In this document: positions 38,113-50,523 of the stretch, piece after piece
Layout of the letters: every line of letters starts with the position of its first letter
Numbering within the stretch: the first letter of the stretch is position 1
NCBI GenBank assembly: GCA_951406725.2
Contig: OX597829.1
Coordinates: 32,984,001 to 33,048,000, forward strand
From: Octopus vulgaris
Taxonomy: Eukaryota
DNA length: 64,000 nt
Direction of reading: 5' to 3'
Made by a program: the position numbers and the translations under genes
Notes under the pieces: model-generated
Seen by the model: the letters and a program-made list of their open reading frames with translations, nothing else
What the model was told of the DNA's origin: nothing
The model's database searches: none

Positions 38113-38479
38113 TATCTTATAAAAAAAATTCAGGGTTGTGAGTTGAGAAAGTTTATGTAGTGTGGGCAGTATCACAGACATTATTATCACCACGATAATA
38201 AAGGTTAATATCTTCGAAATTTAACTTACCAATATAACTTCTTCTTCTTCCATTCTGCCGGCCTCAGAAACGTTTCTCAAAAGCAAAGCGTTCTTTCTTT
38301 TTTTTTTTTTCATACAACGAACGCGGCAGCGTCTGCATGGTCACGTGGCCTCATTGTCGTTGTCGTCGTCGTCGTCAAGTATCGTGCACGTGCAGCGATT
38401 TGATGACAGTTCAACGGAAATTCTCCCGATTGATCGTGAGCTCTCCAGCCGCCTCGCCACTTTTGTCCAATCATCTTTT

Positions 38480-38718
38480 TTTTTTTTTTTTTTATTGCCC
38501 ACAAGGGGCTGAACATAGAGGGGACAAACAAGGACAAACAGATTAAGTCGATTACATCGACTGGTGCGTAACTGGTACTTAATTTATCGACCCCGAAAGG
38601 ATGAAAGGCAAAGTCGACCTCGGCGGAATTTGAACTCAGAACGCAGCAGCGGACGAAATAACACAAAGCATTTCGCCCGGCTTGCTAACGTTTCTGCCAG
38701 CTTGCCGCCTTAAAAAAG
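38480..38718 (-). mobile_element. SINE, same family as 34047
   Basis: Poly-T tail on the + strand; TSD ttgtccaatcatctttt. Confidence 0.9.
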
Positions 38719-38719
38719 C

Positions 38720-38995
38720 TTGTCCAATCATCTTTTGCCATCCATTACGTTCTTTGATCATCTACCCTCCACTCTTCCTTCCATGATAATGTTTTCTAAA
38801 CCTCTGCTTCTTTGAATATGGCCATAATAGATGAGCTTTTGTTATTTCACAATGTTCAGTTGTCATCTTTCACCTACTCGTAACATTCATTTGTCCGATG
38901 TTTCTTGTAAGAGTCTCATAACATTCTCCTATACACCCACATTTCGAACGCATTGACTATGTTCTCTTCAAATTTGTTGAGAGTCCACATTGGAT
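38720..38995 (-). mobile_element. Old RTE fragment
   Basis: WTLNKFEENIVNAFEMWVYRRML. Confidence 0.65.
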
Positions 38996-39149
38996 CTGCG
39001 AGAAATAAAAGTAAAATATTTAATTACAACTTGTGGTACGGCGGTGGGATGGTTAAGCAGCCTTTGTTTCACTATAACCCTTCTGGCTTTAGGAGAAACA
39101 AATGATACCGGTATGGGATTCAATTGGTTAACCTCCAGTTTTTGACCAG

Positions 39150-39725
39150 AGCAAAAAAATTAAAACAAATAGTGTAATAGGTGTAAAACAACATGTAGTA
39201 AACGAATATGCGAAAAAAAAAATGCGCGCTGGCGAACGGGGTGGGGGAGAGAGGACTCGGAAAATTCACACGATCAAACTCACAAGATCCGAAAACTCAA
39301 CGTTAACACCTCGTCACAAAAATTGAGGGAAAAAATAGTGTAATGGGTGTAAAACGAATATGCAAAAAAAAAATGCGTGCTTGCAAACGGGGGCGAGGAG
39401 AGGACTCACAAAATTCACATTGGGAGTGCTCCGAGTCCTCTCACCACTTCCCCGTTCGTCAGTGCAATTTTTTTTTCTTCATATTCGTTTACTACACATT
39501 ATTTTACACCTAGTACAGTATTTTGTTTTTCAATTTTTGTGACGCGGGGTGGGTGGGGTGCAGATTCGGACAATTCACACGATCCAGTAACCCGACTTCG
39601 ACACCCGGCCACCAAAAATGAAAAACAAAAAGTGCAATAGGTGTAAAATAATGTGTACTAAACGAATATGAAAAAAATGCATGCTGGCGAACGGTGGGAG
39701 GGAGGACCAGGAAAATTCACACAAT
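39150..39725. repeat. Cluster of ~110-165 bp related units in direct and inverted orientation
   Basis: ggtgtaaaa..aaacgaatatg..aatgc..gcgaacgg..gagaggac at ~39180, ~39346 and ~39640 (+) and ~39430-39510 (-). Confidence 0.75.
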
Positions 39726-39753
39726 CTGATTTTTTCCCTCAAGAAAATGAATA

Positions 39754-40167
39754 GGATCTTTTCGCTTTGAACGGCAGTTTTTTCTAGCGGTGTCATATGA
39801 AATTGACATTCATAATTATGACCCTAGTATCGATCTATTGCATTTCAATCAGTTTTAAAGTTAGGGTTAGGGGTGGGGGAAGGGTATCTTTTCTCTTCAC
39901 AAATGTAAATAAACCCAATCTGTTTCTTAAACGAGGGACATATTCACACGGCACATAATGTTTTTTACCTCAATAGACGTCACTGATTGGTTGAAATTGC
40001 AGAAATTGAAGAAAAAAACAACAAATATCTTACAAACTATAGAATTTTCTCAATAAAGCCAAGAGAAAAAGATGTTTTATAAACACATTCTACCAGTATA
40101 CGAAGTTTAAAATTTTTTAGTTACCTAGAAATTATGTTAAAAACTGCCGTTCAAACCGAAAAGATCC
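39754..40167. mobile_element. Merlin-type MITE
   Basis: TIRs ggatcttttcgctttgaacggcagtttt / aaaactgccgttcaaaccgaaaagatcc; perfect 8-bp TSD aatgaata; internal ttaggg repeats. Confidence 0.85.
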
Positions 40168-40407
40168 AATGAATATTCTTCCCAACCACACAGTTCTGGG
40201 CTCTGTCCCATTCCATGGCACCTTGGGCAAGTGTCTTCAACTATAGCCTCAGGCCAACCAATGCTTCCTGGAGGCCAAAGGTGGCATTTCAGAGGAAAAA
40301 TTATCTATGCTATAAATGAAGATGAAACCAAAAATTTGCACACAAAATTTTTTCGATTCTGTCTTCTGCATAATGGTATTAACACAAATAATTGCAGCAT
40401 AGATGTT

Positions 40408-40649
40408 TGTAAGCCATTCAAGAACACAAAAGAAAAAAACTGTTAGTTTCACTGCAATATTTAAATCTCATTTCAATCTCAAAATTTTCGTCACTTTGAA
40501 ACTGCATCTTGTTCACTGACAAAACAGACATAGCACAAATTTTTGTCAGGGTTTTGTCGCAGTTTCAAAGAATGAAAATATTTAGACACAAATGAAATTT
40601 AAATGTTTCAGTAAAAGTAACAGTTTTTGTTGTTCTAGAATTGCTTACA
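40408..40649. repeat. Degenerate foldback/MITE
   Basis: tgtaagc..aaaaactgtta..ctttgaaactgc mirrored by gcagtttcaaag..taacagttttt..gcttaca. Confidence 0.65.
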
Positions 40650-41271
40650 AACATTTTACACACTGAAATTTTTTTTTAAATATTCACCCTTACTCTGCCC
40701 CTAATTACAAAACTTTCCCCTGTTTTTCATTTTTTTATATTTGATTCTTTATATGGACAACTGATGTTATTAAAATAAGTTATCTTTAACATTCCTTTAA
40801 ATTGTTACAAGAAAATAACTTACTAATAGAGAATGATGTTATAGAAATAGTAATATATACTCTGTGAGTTGTCCATTTCTTGGGTACAGACAGCAAATCC
40901 TTTTCTTGGGTATAAACATGAGTCCATTTCTTGGGTATAAACAACAAGTCCTCATACATATATATATATATTTCTTTTTTCAGTATTTTTCTCCCATTAA
41001 ACAATGAAGTGTCGTCCATTGGAGGAATATAAGTAATAATAAAACAGAAGCTGTGTGTAAGAAAAGTATGCTATCACAATGGATTACATGAATTATGTTT
41101 TGAAAATAATCTATACATACCTCTGTGTGTGATCCATTTCTTGGATATAGACAGCAAGTCCTCATACACACACAAACACACACACCAGAGTAAGCACATA
41201 AATGCAAAACAAGGTGGTAAAAGTAGTACTTGAATACCAGAAGTAGAATAATATGCTTTATTAAAAAGCAG

Positions 41272-41440
41272 CAAAAGTATCACAAAAACTGTTACTCAGA
41301 GTTTCACATTCCTGTTCGTTGGACAGTTTTGTTTAGAATGAAGCAAGATAAGGTTATATGCAGAATTCTGTGTATAACTTCATCTTGCTGTCCAACAAAC
41401 GGGAACATGAAACTCTGAGTAACAGTTTTTGTGATATTTT
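41272..41440. ncRNA. Palindrome with two divergent minimal hammerhead relics (41289-41326 minus; 41388-41425 plus)
   Basis: ctgt-CCAAC(G/A)A-ac(a/g)ggaa(tg/ca)t-GAAA-ctctgag-TA-acag. Stems are preserved but the CUGA box is mutated. Confidence 0.6.
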
Positions 41441-42439
41441 AAAGGCAGAGTCGGCAGTGACTATTGTCTGTGGAATGGCATCCTTGGTCATCACAGCGTT
41501 AGGAAATGCAATGCCAATGACCAGCCCCTCCTGAGCCTTTATGCTGAGTATGAACTTGTCATCACCAACTTCTTTTGCAGATTTGTATTCTACACATGAG
41601 AATTCATACGACTATGAAAAAACAAAAAAAGTTTTTGTGTCTGATTTAAGGGCTATTTAGGTGTTATTTTTTGTACATCTCACGACCACCTGATACCCTC
41701 CTTGTTTCTTTGTCTCTCTGACATATTGATGTTTTTCAGTATCTTTCTCCCCGTAAACACATTTGACAGTCTATTGCTGGGATTGAAGCCAAAATTTAGG
41801 AATGTCTGTAATTAGAAAAAAACAAACGAAAAATTTTTCATAGTTGTATGAATCCTTGTGTGTTTTAAAAATTGCAAAGAATTAAAAAGTTATGAGGGGT
41901 TATATGTGGTGCTTAAACCAGAATTCTGCAGAGAGCCACTCCAGCAGATTGAGAAGAAGCTATAGAGAATATTTTATGTTGAGTTTTTTGATTTAGTCAA
42001 GTTTCGTTAATTTCATATAATGCCATTTTTCCATGATTCTTTCTCATTTGATCTAGATATTGATTTATATGAGTTTTTTTTTTCAAATGTAATTCTGGAT
42101 AACTGAAGAGTCAAATTTACCTTCTCTTTCCTTATTCATTCTGACCCATCTAAAGTTTTCTTTTATATGCTCAAAGAGAACAGAGGTAATTTTCTGAAAT
42201 AGTGTTCTGAATATGTTGTTATTTTTAATGCATTTAGAGAAGGTTGTTCGTGTAGATGATGTAGTTTTTGTTAGATAATGCACATTTATATAATTTTTTT
42301 TCTCAAAGTCAAAAATGTAGTAAATGTTACTCATTATGACCCTCCACCATTTACTGGAAACAGGAAAAACAAACTTTTGGAATAATATATATTATTACGG
42401 CAACAAAGTCTACCTGCCACACTTCTCAGTCTATCATCA

Positions 42440-43020
42440 CTGCTTTGAGGTCCTGGGTATAGTCAAGGCCAGTGTCTGCAACCAAGTTGTCAATGTGGGA
42501 CAGTTTTCTTCTGCTTATATCACCATGAAGTGAATTCCACAAGACTAATCTGGATGCTCCCAGCTTAGGATGGTACACACAGTGATCAGATAGTCACAGC
42601 CATCTTTGTGCACCCTTCTCACTAACCTTTGGCAAGTCTCGATAAAGGTAATTTATTTGTTATATGTTGCTGCCATTTCACATTTAGAGCCATCTGTTGT
42701 ATCCATTTAGCCTCTTTGGTAATTTCTTTGTCAGTGTCTATATTTCATTATCTCATAATAGCACTGATTCAACAGTTGCAATGAACAGCTTCATTTTGAT
42801 TTGCCTGGTCATGTTTGTGTTTTCCTGACCTTCATGTCTGCTTCCAAACTGCTCACCCAACCACCTAAGTACTTGAAGTCTTCAGCAATATTCAATTTGA
42901 AACCACTCAGAACAAAAAGTTCAGTATCACTTGATTGGTTGAAAGAAATGCATTCCATTTCCTTGATGTTTGTGTGCAGTCATACCTTAGCAACTGATGC
43001 TTCTACCTGCCCATGAGATA
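42440..43020 (-). mobile_element. Degraded LINE RT 3' fragment
   Basis: AEDFKYLGG on the minus strand near 42860-42887. Confidence 0.5.
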
Positions 43021-43199
43021 GGCTATCCCATGCCAGACACCCAAATGCTACATAGAATGATTAAATATCATTCCAATGTCCAACACAGAGCAGCTCATAC
43101 TTATATACATACAAACATTAAAAAAAATATGTATGTATATTAATATACACACACACACATATCCTATATATATAATATATATATATATACACACACACA

Positions 43200-45680
43200 C
43201 AAATTCTAAATGGATCAATGTCAATAAACTTAAGTTACTGTCAATACCCAGTGATTTCATGAGTGAGATAAATAATTTGTCCTGTGATGGAAGTTGGAAT
43301 TCTCTCAAAGAAAGCATCTATGAGGTTTATAGTAACATTCTTGGTTTTGTGTGAAAAAGCATAGGATTGGTTTGATGATAATGATGAAGAAATTGCTCTT
43401 ATCTTAGAGGAAAGACATTCAATATGTTGCTAAATGTTGACTTTTCAATGAACAGGACAGCAGCTATACATTTTAAGGCAGTAAAAGCAACAGTGCGAAG
43501 GAAGCTGAGGATGCAGGAAAATTGGTAGAGTGAAGCATGTGATGAAATCCAAGAAGCCTCAAACACTAACAATTCAAAACATTTTCACTCTCTCTTGAAA
43601 AAAGCTATCGATCCAATATCATCAATATCCCAATATCATCCACTTCGTAGGAAGATTGGCACAGAATTATTCACAAATCCTAAAGATATTGTTGGAAGAT
43701 GGAAGACCATTTTGATGAGTTGCTTAATAGACCCACCACAGTTGATCTCTCTGTTCTCAATAATATACATGAGATACCAACAAAACATCTTTTAGCAGAG
43801 GTTCCAAATCTGGCTAAAATAAAAATGGCTATCAGGAAATTGAGCAATGGAAAGGCCCCTGATATAGATGGATTAGGTACAGAGATCTACAAATATGGTG
43901 GTGAACATCTCTGTGCAATGTTGACATGATTCAGTGGGTTTGGCATAGTGAAGTGGTTCTTCAGGACTGGCATGATGCAATTATGGAGATACTCTATAAA
44001 TAAAAAGGTGGAAAGGATGTCTGCAATAATTTTCATGACATCTGTCTATTAGCTGTTGCTGGAAAGGTCCTTTGTAGGTTAATGCTGGATAGATTGCTTC
44101 TGCACATAGCTGATGAGGTTCTACGAGAATCACAATCTGGGTTTAGAGGTCGTAGGAGTACTATGGATATATTTTCAGCAAGACAGCTACAGGATATGGA
44201 CTTACATCAAGTTTTTATTGATCTGACAAAAGTGTTTGATTCTGTAAATAGTTGCACTTTGGGAAATCCTGAAAAAGCTGAGTTGCTCTGAAAAATTTGC
44301 GTGAATGCTTAGACAATTTCATGGCAAGATGGAAGTGAGAGTTAATGTTGGAGGTACTTTGTCAGATCCAATTTTTGTAGAAAATGGTGTAAAACAAAGT
44401 GATATTCTTGCTCCTACCTTGTTTGCACTGTATTTTACAATAGTCTTTCAAATAGCTTTTGAAGATTGCGCTGAAGGGGTCTATATAAGATATAGGACAT
44501 GGGAAAATCTTTTCAACCTCAAAAGACTTTGGGCCAAAACACAAGTTCTTCATTCTCCTATCATTGAGTTCTTGTAAGTAGATGATTGTAACCTGTTTGT
44601 ACATTCTCAGGAAGATATGCAACACATGATGAATGTAATTTCTGCAGTATGTACAGCATTAAGCCTTACAATTAACTTGAAGAAAACTGTTCTAATGTAC
44701 CAAACTGCCCCCTCTAAACTTTATATGAAACCTTCTATAACTGTATATGGTCAAAAGTTGGAAGTTGTAACTAAATTCATTTATTTAGGAAGTACTTCAA
44801 GCACTGCTGGTCTTGATGATGAAATTTCATATACAATCAGCAAAGCTAGTAGCACCTTTGGTAGGCTTTACAAGCATCTCTGGTCACATCATAGTATATC
44901 TTTCCAAATTAAAGTTAGAGTTCATAGCATGTGTCCCACCATCTTTGCTATACGGAAGTGAGACATGGGTTGTTTATCATTGGTGTTTAAGGCATTTGGA
45001 ACGATATCATCAGTATTGTCTTAGGAAAATTCCTGAGATAAACTGGAAAATGGCCATCAGTGATGTGGAGGTACTTGAGAGAAATGGTAGTAGAAGTGTA
45101 GAATCAATAATGGGGTGAGCATCTGGTAAGAATAAATGATGAAAGACTTCCCAAGTAAATTCTGGATGGTGAGCTGGAAGATGGTAGGAAACCAACATAT
45201 ACATCCAAAATGAGGTTCAAAGACTGCTTCAGAATTGCTCTGGCAGACAGGAGTTTCATATGTTGATAGGGAGAGGGAGACACAAGACCAAAATGGATGG
45301 AGGAAGTAGTTGTTCGAAGTTTGAAAGAGAGACAATGCAACATGAGAAGATTAAGGGAAGGCTTAGAAGGAATGAACCTACGGAAAATGAGGGAGTGTTG
45401 CTTTTTTGTTTGTGTGATTTGTGGGAGAAAATGCTTGATTGTGCAGGCCTGGTCAGTCATCAGAGACTCACAGGAACCAACCTACTGTAAATGGTGATAA
45501 GGCTATTGTTCCCAACAGAACATGTGCAGCCTGTGGAAAGGTGTGCCTTTCTGTTGGAGGATTGAAAAGACATGTCAAAAGAGTTTGTACTGTGGAACCT
45601 GTTTCTTCTGACAGCCAGCACAGCTGTGCATTATGCAATAAAATGGGCTTAAGAGTAATACAAGGGCCTCACATTCTTTT
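43200..45680 (+). mobile_element. Degraded BovB-like RTE with C-terminal C2H2-like fingers
   Basis: ESQSGFRG, FIDLTKVFD, GVKQ, FIYLGS, LLYGSETW, CAACGKVCLSVGGLKRH. Confidence 0.8.
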
Positions 45681-45684
45681 CTTT

Positions 45685-45850
45685 TCTACTCTAGGCACAA
45701 AGCCTGAAACTTTGGAGGAGGGAGCCAGTTGGTTAGATCGGTGCCAGTACACAACTGGTACTTAATTTATTGACCCCCAAAAGGATGAAAGGCAAAGTTG
45801 ACCTCAGCAGAATTTGAACTCAGAACGTAAAGACAGACAAAATACAGCTA
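45685..45850 (-). mobile_element. SINE (Nin/Deu-like core, different tail)
   Basis: ctggtacttaatttattgacccc..gaaaggcaaagttgacctc..gaactcagaac. Confidence 0.75.
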
Positions 45851-45879
45851 TCATTTCTCAAGAGGAAGCAATCATCATA

Positions 45880-45910
<31 letters not shown>

Positions 45911-46118
45911 CGGCTTAACAGCCCTTATCGTTTGTTTTTACTGTGTTATTCTCCTTGTCCTGTCTTTTACTGTTTTTATTTGTATTGCTTTTACTGTCTT
46001 GTTTTGTTTTTACTATCCTGTTCTTGTTACCACTTTTACGCCTCAGCAAAAAATCCCAAATTTTATTTAATTTGCTTTGCGGGAAGGACTGTTTCAATGA
46101 AGTCGTGTCTTGCCCTTA

Positions 46119-46164
46119 CCTTCGAAACATGGAGTAGTTGAAACAGGGACAACTGAAGAAGGGG
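46119..46164 (+). ncRNA. Possible circularly permuted (type II) hammerhead
   Basis: ccttc-GAAA-c..g-TA-g-ttg..caa-CTGAAGA-agggg, with one extra nt at the cleavage site. Confidence 0.4.
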
Positions 46165-46420
46165 AATATTCCTTGTGTTTTATGTCTTGTACTCTGTTCT
46201 TCTGTTGTTTGAAAAAAGTCTGTTTCCATGTTTTTGTTTTTATGTTTTCGTTTCTCATTGTGTTCTACATTTTTTTGGTGTCCTGTACCCATATATGCAT
46301 GTATATATACATATAGATGTAGGTATGTACATATATGTATGTATATATGCATATGTTTTATTTATTATTTTGTATATATATATATGTATGTATATGTATA
46401 TATATATACATATATATACA

Positions 46421-47560
46421 CAGCTTCCGCTACCTAGGTGACCAAGTCAGTAGCGGGGGTGGGTGTGCTGAAAGTGTAACTGCTAGAGTAAGAATAGCCT
46501 GTGCAAAGTTCAGAGAGCTCTTACTCCTGCTAGGGACAAAAGGCCTCTCGCTCAGAGTAAAAGGCAGACTGTATGATGCATGTGTACAAACAGCCATGCT
46601 ACATGGCTGTGACTGCTGAGGATATGCGTAAGCTCACAAGAAATGAAGCCAGTATGCTCCGATGGATGTGTAATGTCAGTGTTCATAATTGACAAAGTGT
46701 AAGTACCTTGAGAGAAAAGTTGGACCTAAAAAGCATCAGTTGTGGTGTGCAAGAGAGACGTTTGCACTGGTATGGGCATGTGGCGAGAATGGATGAAGAT
46801 AGTTGTGTGAAAAAGTGCCACACCCTAGCAGCTGAGGGAACCTGTGGAAGAGGTAGACCCAGGAAGACCTGGGATGAAGTAGTGAAGCACGGCCTTCGAA
46901 CATTAGGCCTCACCAAGGAAATGACTAGAGACCGAGACCTATGGAAGTATGCTGTGCGTGAGAAGACCCGGCAAGACTAGTGAGACCATGACCCATGGAC
47001 TCTACCTGGTATGTAGCCAGTCGACTTATACATACCTTTCCTTCTTGGGACACAAAACTCCACTTGTGAAGACCCGTTGAGGCAAGTGAAAATCAAAATC
47101 AAAATCAAATCAGATATCAGAAAGCAGAACCAAAATCGAAGTCGATCAACATCAATGGAAATTGCAGCTGTGATACCAGTGCCGGTGACAAGTAAGCGAA
47201 CCATCCGATCGTGACCGTTGCCAGCGCCACCCCGACTGGCCTCCGTGCCGGTGGCACGTAAAAAGCACCATCTGATCGTGGTCGTCGCCAGCCTCGCCTG
47301 GCCCCCATGCCGGTGGCACATAAAAAGCACCATCCGTCCATGGCCGTTTGCCAGCTCCGTCTGGCACCTGTGTGGATGGCACATAAAAAGCACCCACTAC
47401 ACTCACGGAGTGGTTAGCGTTAGGAAGGGCATCCAGCCATAGAAACACTGCCAGATCAGACTGAGCCTGATGCAGCCTTCTGGCTTCACGGACCCCAGTT
47501 GAACCGCCCAACCCATGCTAGCATGGAAAGCGGACGCTAAATGATGATGATGATGATGAT
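46421..47560 (+). mobile_element. 5'-truncated RTE related to 89-5326
   Basis: SFRYLGDQVSSGGGC...RGRPRKTWDEVV; shared 3' terminal block; (GAT)n tail. Confidence 0.9.
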
Positions 47561-47680
47561 ATAATTTAAATAATCAGAAAATGGAGAAAACTTTAAATCA
47601 AAAAACAAACAAGTTGGACCACATCTGTAGATTATTTTTTAATACAAAACATGACATAACATTTCTGTGATATAACAATT

Positions 47681-47792
47681 CTTACGGCCGTTTCTGCTTC
47701 CAATGTCAGTTGGTGCCTAGGAAAGAATTACAAAAATAATACTCGTCATTTTCATAGGATATTCGAACTAAGTACATGAAGCTTCATCAGAG
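47681..47792 (-). ncRNA. Type I hammerhead motif with long stem II
   Basis: Minus strand: ct-CTGATGA-agcttc...gaagca-GAAA-CGGCCG-TA-ag. Confidence 0.65.
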
Positions 47793-48085
47793 TGAATACA
47801 AAAGTGCCAAATAAAATAAACAAAGGGAAGAGTAATAGGAAAGAACATGACCTCAAGAAGAAGCCAGGAGACTCAATATATTAAAATCATACCATCTTCC
47901 AGCATAGAGTTTGGAAGTCGATAAGCAAAGGTAATAATTATTTAAAATTATAATTTAGGGTATCTAAGAGATACACCACACTGGAAATAGCAGTCAAACT
48001 TGATGCTAAAACCACATTAAATGTTCATATAGCACCAAGAGAGAAGACAAAGAGACAAAATAAACTAGTAAAAAATTACTGGATA

Positions 48086-48144
48086 ATTCCAGGTCCTGGA
48101 TTTCTGGTTTTGCATAAGAAATGCTTTGCTTTCATCAGTGGAAT
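48086..48144 (-). ncRNA. Degenerate hammerhead motif
   Basis: Minus strand: attcca-CTGATGA-...-GAAA-tccagga-CC-tggaat. 6-bp stem I; U16.1 mutated to C. Confidence 0.5.
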
Positions 48145-48169
48145 ATACTCAGATAGCACATAAATACAA

Positions 48170-48212
<43 letters not shown>

Positions 48213-48499
48213 ACATACGATATACTTACATATACGAACGTATACATACATATATATGCACGTATGCACACGACCAGTTTAAATTGTCCACCTTAAAACT
48301 CCTCGTGAGATATGGTCAGAATAACACCACAGTGAATATAATGACGAAATAAACATATAAATTTATATAAATAAGATCGATATTTAAATACCAATCTTAT
48401 CAGGTGGCAATAAATTTGATGCTGCAATACATTTAATACTAAAAATTATGGAAGTAGTACTACTATTAATAATAATAATATTGACAATAATTATAATAC

Positions 48500-48866
48500 T
48501 AATATGCCAACTTGTTTTTGTACGTCTTGCCTGTGGTGTGTGTCACACCTCAAAGGAAGAAGTGAGTGGCAACTCAGGAGAGAGAAGGGCAGAGAGGAAG
48601 TGAGAGAGAATGATTCTTTAATTTACGAGATAAAGTAATTGGTTGATTGTAATCAAAATTCAGAGTTGCATTGATACACCAAATTGAAAGCAATTTGAGC
48701 AAAATTAAAGCAGATTTTCTGCCCCCAGGGGCCCCATTACTCCTTATGTGAAAAATTTTAAGACTCTCAAACCCTCTCTAGAACATAAGTAATGTATGTT
48801 CCTAGTTTGGAGAAAATCAGTTGCGAACTTCAGAAGTTCTGTGGGTTTACACACACACATCCCCAG

Positions 48867-48923
<57 letters not shown>

Positions 48924-49702
48924 CCGTTCTGTCTGTTTGTGTGTGTGTCTTCTAGGATCTCAGGCATCCGCCATCCAATTGCACTCAAATTTGATATGTA
49001 GATACCAACGGTATTAGGGTGTGTATAAGTCTTGAAAAAATTAATAAAATCGATTCCAGGTGAGAATGCGATCGATAAAGCCGTGGGAATGTGCATTTGT
49101 ACATGCAAGTACATCAGGAATGTGGTTTACAAGGCTGCGCTCCACTAGCTTTTCCATGCCCTTGAACATCCTGTAAAGTAAGTTAGCTTAAAATTAGTTA
49201 CTTAGTTCCCAAGGTTGTTGCTTTTCATCAAAAATCGCCCTGAGTTGATTTCCTACATGTTTTATCGGATAAACTTATTATTGTCCCAGGTACATTCTCA
49301 TAAATTCATCATGCATTTCTATTCTAGATTTACCTCCAGCTAACCCGTTTGCATGCATCGTTTTTGTCTTGCTTTTCTTCCGTCAACCTGTACATAACTG
49401 CACCTTCCATTTTTTGTTATTTTTGTACTGTTTAAAGGTATGTTTCTTTCCTGCCAAGTTTACTATTTAAACCATGTTTGTGTTCTCCCAGTCAACATTA
49501 CTGGTACTTTAAACTCTTCGGTTGCATATTTGTGTGAATAAAATCATTTTTCTTTGGAATAGTAAAAAAGTCTATCTTTATTTCTTCTTTTGCTGGTGTC
49601 TCAAATTTAGGTTAAATCAGTGTTCTCATAGGGGATGTTTTAAGAAAATTTGGTTTAACTGTTTGACAACTCAGCACTGTCCATTGGACGGGGAGCATTT
49701 TG

Positions 49703-49706
<4 letters not shown>
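48500..49706. mobile_element. Two head-to-head non-autonomous Helitron-like remnants around a (TA)n run (48870-48918)
   Basis: acacacatccccagctttatatata and tatataaaatccgttctgtctgtttgtgtg resemble the 5' ends of the other Helitrons. The 3' ends are degenerate. Confidence 0.45.
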
Positions 49707-49758
<52 letters not shown>

Positions 49759-50438
49759 GTTAAAGTATATTGTGTGTGTATGTGTGTGTGTGTGTGTGTG
49801 TGTGTTTTACTGTCAGTGGTTATTAATATTGATAGTAGATTTGAGACAATATGATATATGTTAAATGAATTAACAGAAGGAAAAAAGTAAATCCTTGCAG
49901 ATTACTAGTTACAATTCAGCTTGTTAGAGACAGAATCTATCGTAGTGGTAAGGGAATGTTTGTAATGACAACGCTCGAAGACTTTTGGTAATATTTTTGT
50001 CTGATACAAGTGCTTGAGAGAAAGTAAGGTTGGTGCAAGAGATAGATAGTCAGGCAACGCCTAATGGCAAAAACAAACTGTCTGAAAATATTCAGAGAAG
50101 ATTTGAATTTATACATGTTCGAAAGCTGAAAGTATATCAGGAGAACAAAAGGGGGTGAATGTGTTTATCTGCATTGAACTAAATTTAAAAGAATAGGATT
50201 TATCTAAGCTAAATGGATTACTACATTTATCACCGTAAATTGTCCAGGTATGACTGCTAAGAACAGAAAGAAGCTTACAGAAAAATCTAGACTAAAGTTT
50301 TGATTCCTGGCCAAGTAACAAACCGTTTCATATCTATCTATATATATATATATATAAATTAAATAATGAGGGTAGAAATTGATTTTAATCAACTAAAACC
50401 AGTGGCTTAGCATATGGTGGTCATTCCTCTTGAATTTG

Positions 50439-50502
<64 letters not shown>

Positions 50503-50523
50503 GATTAAATAAAAGGAGATATA

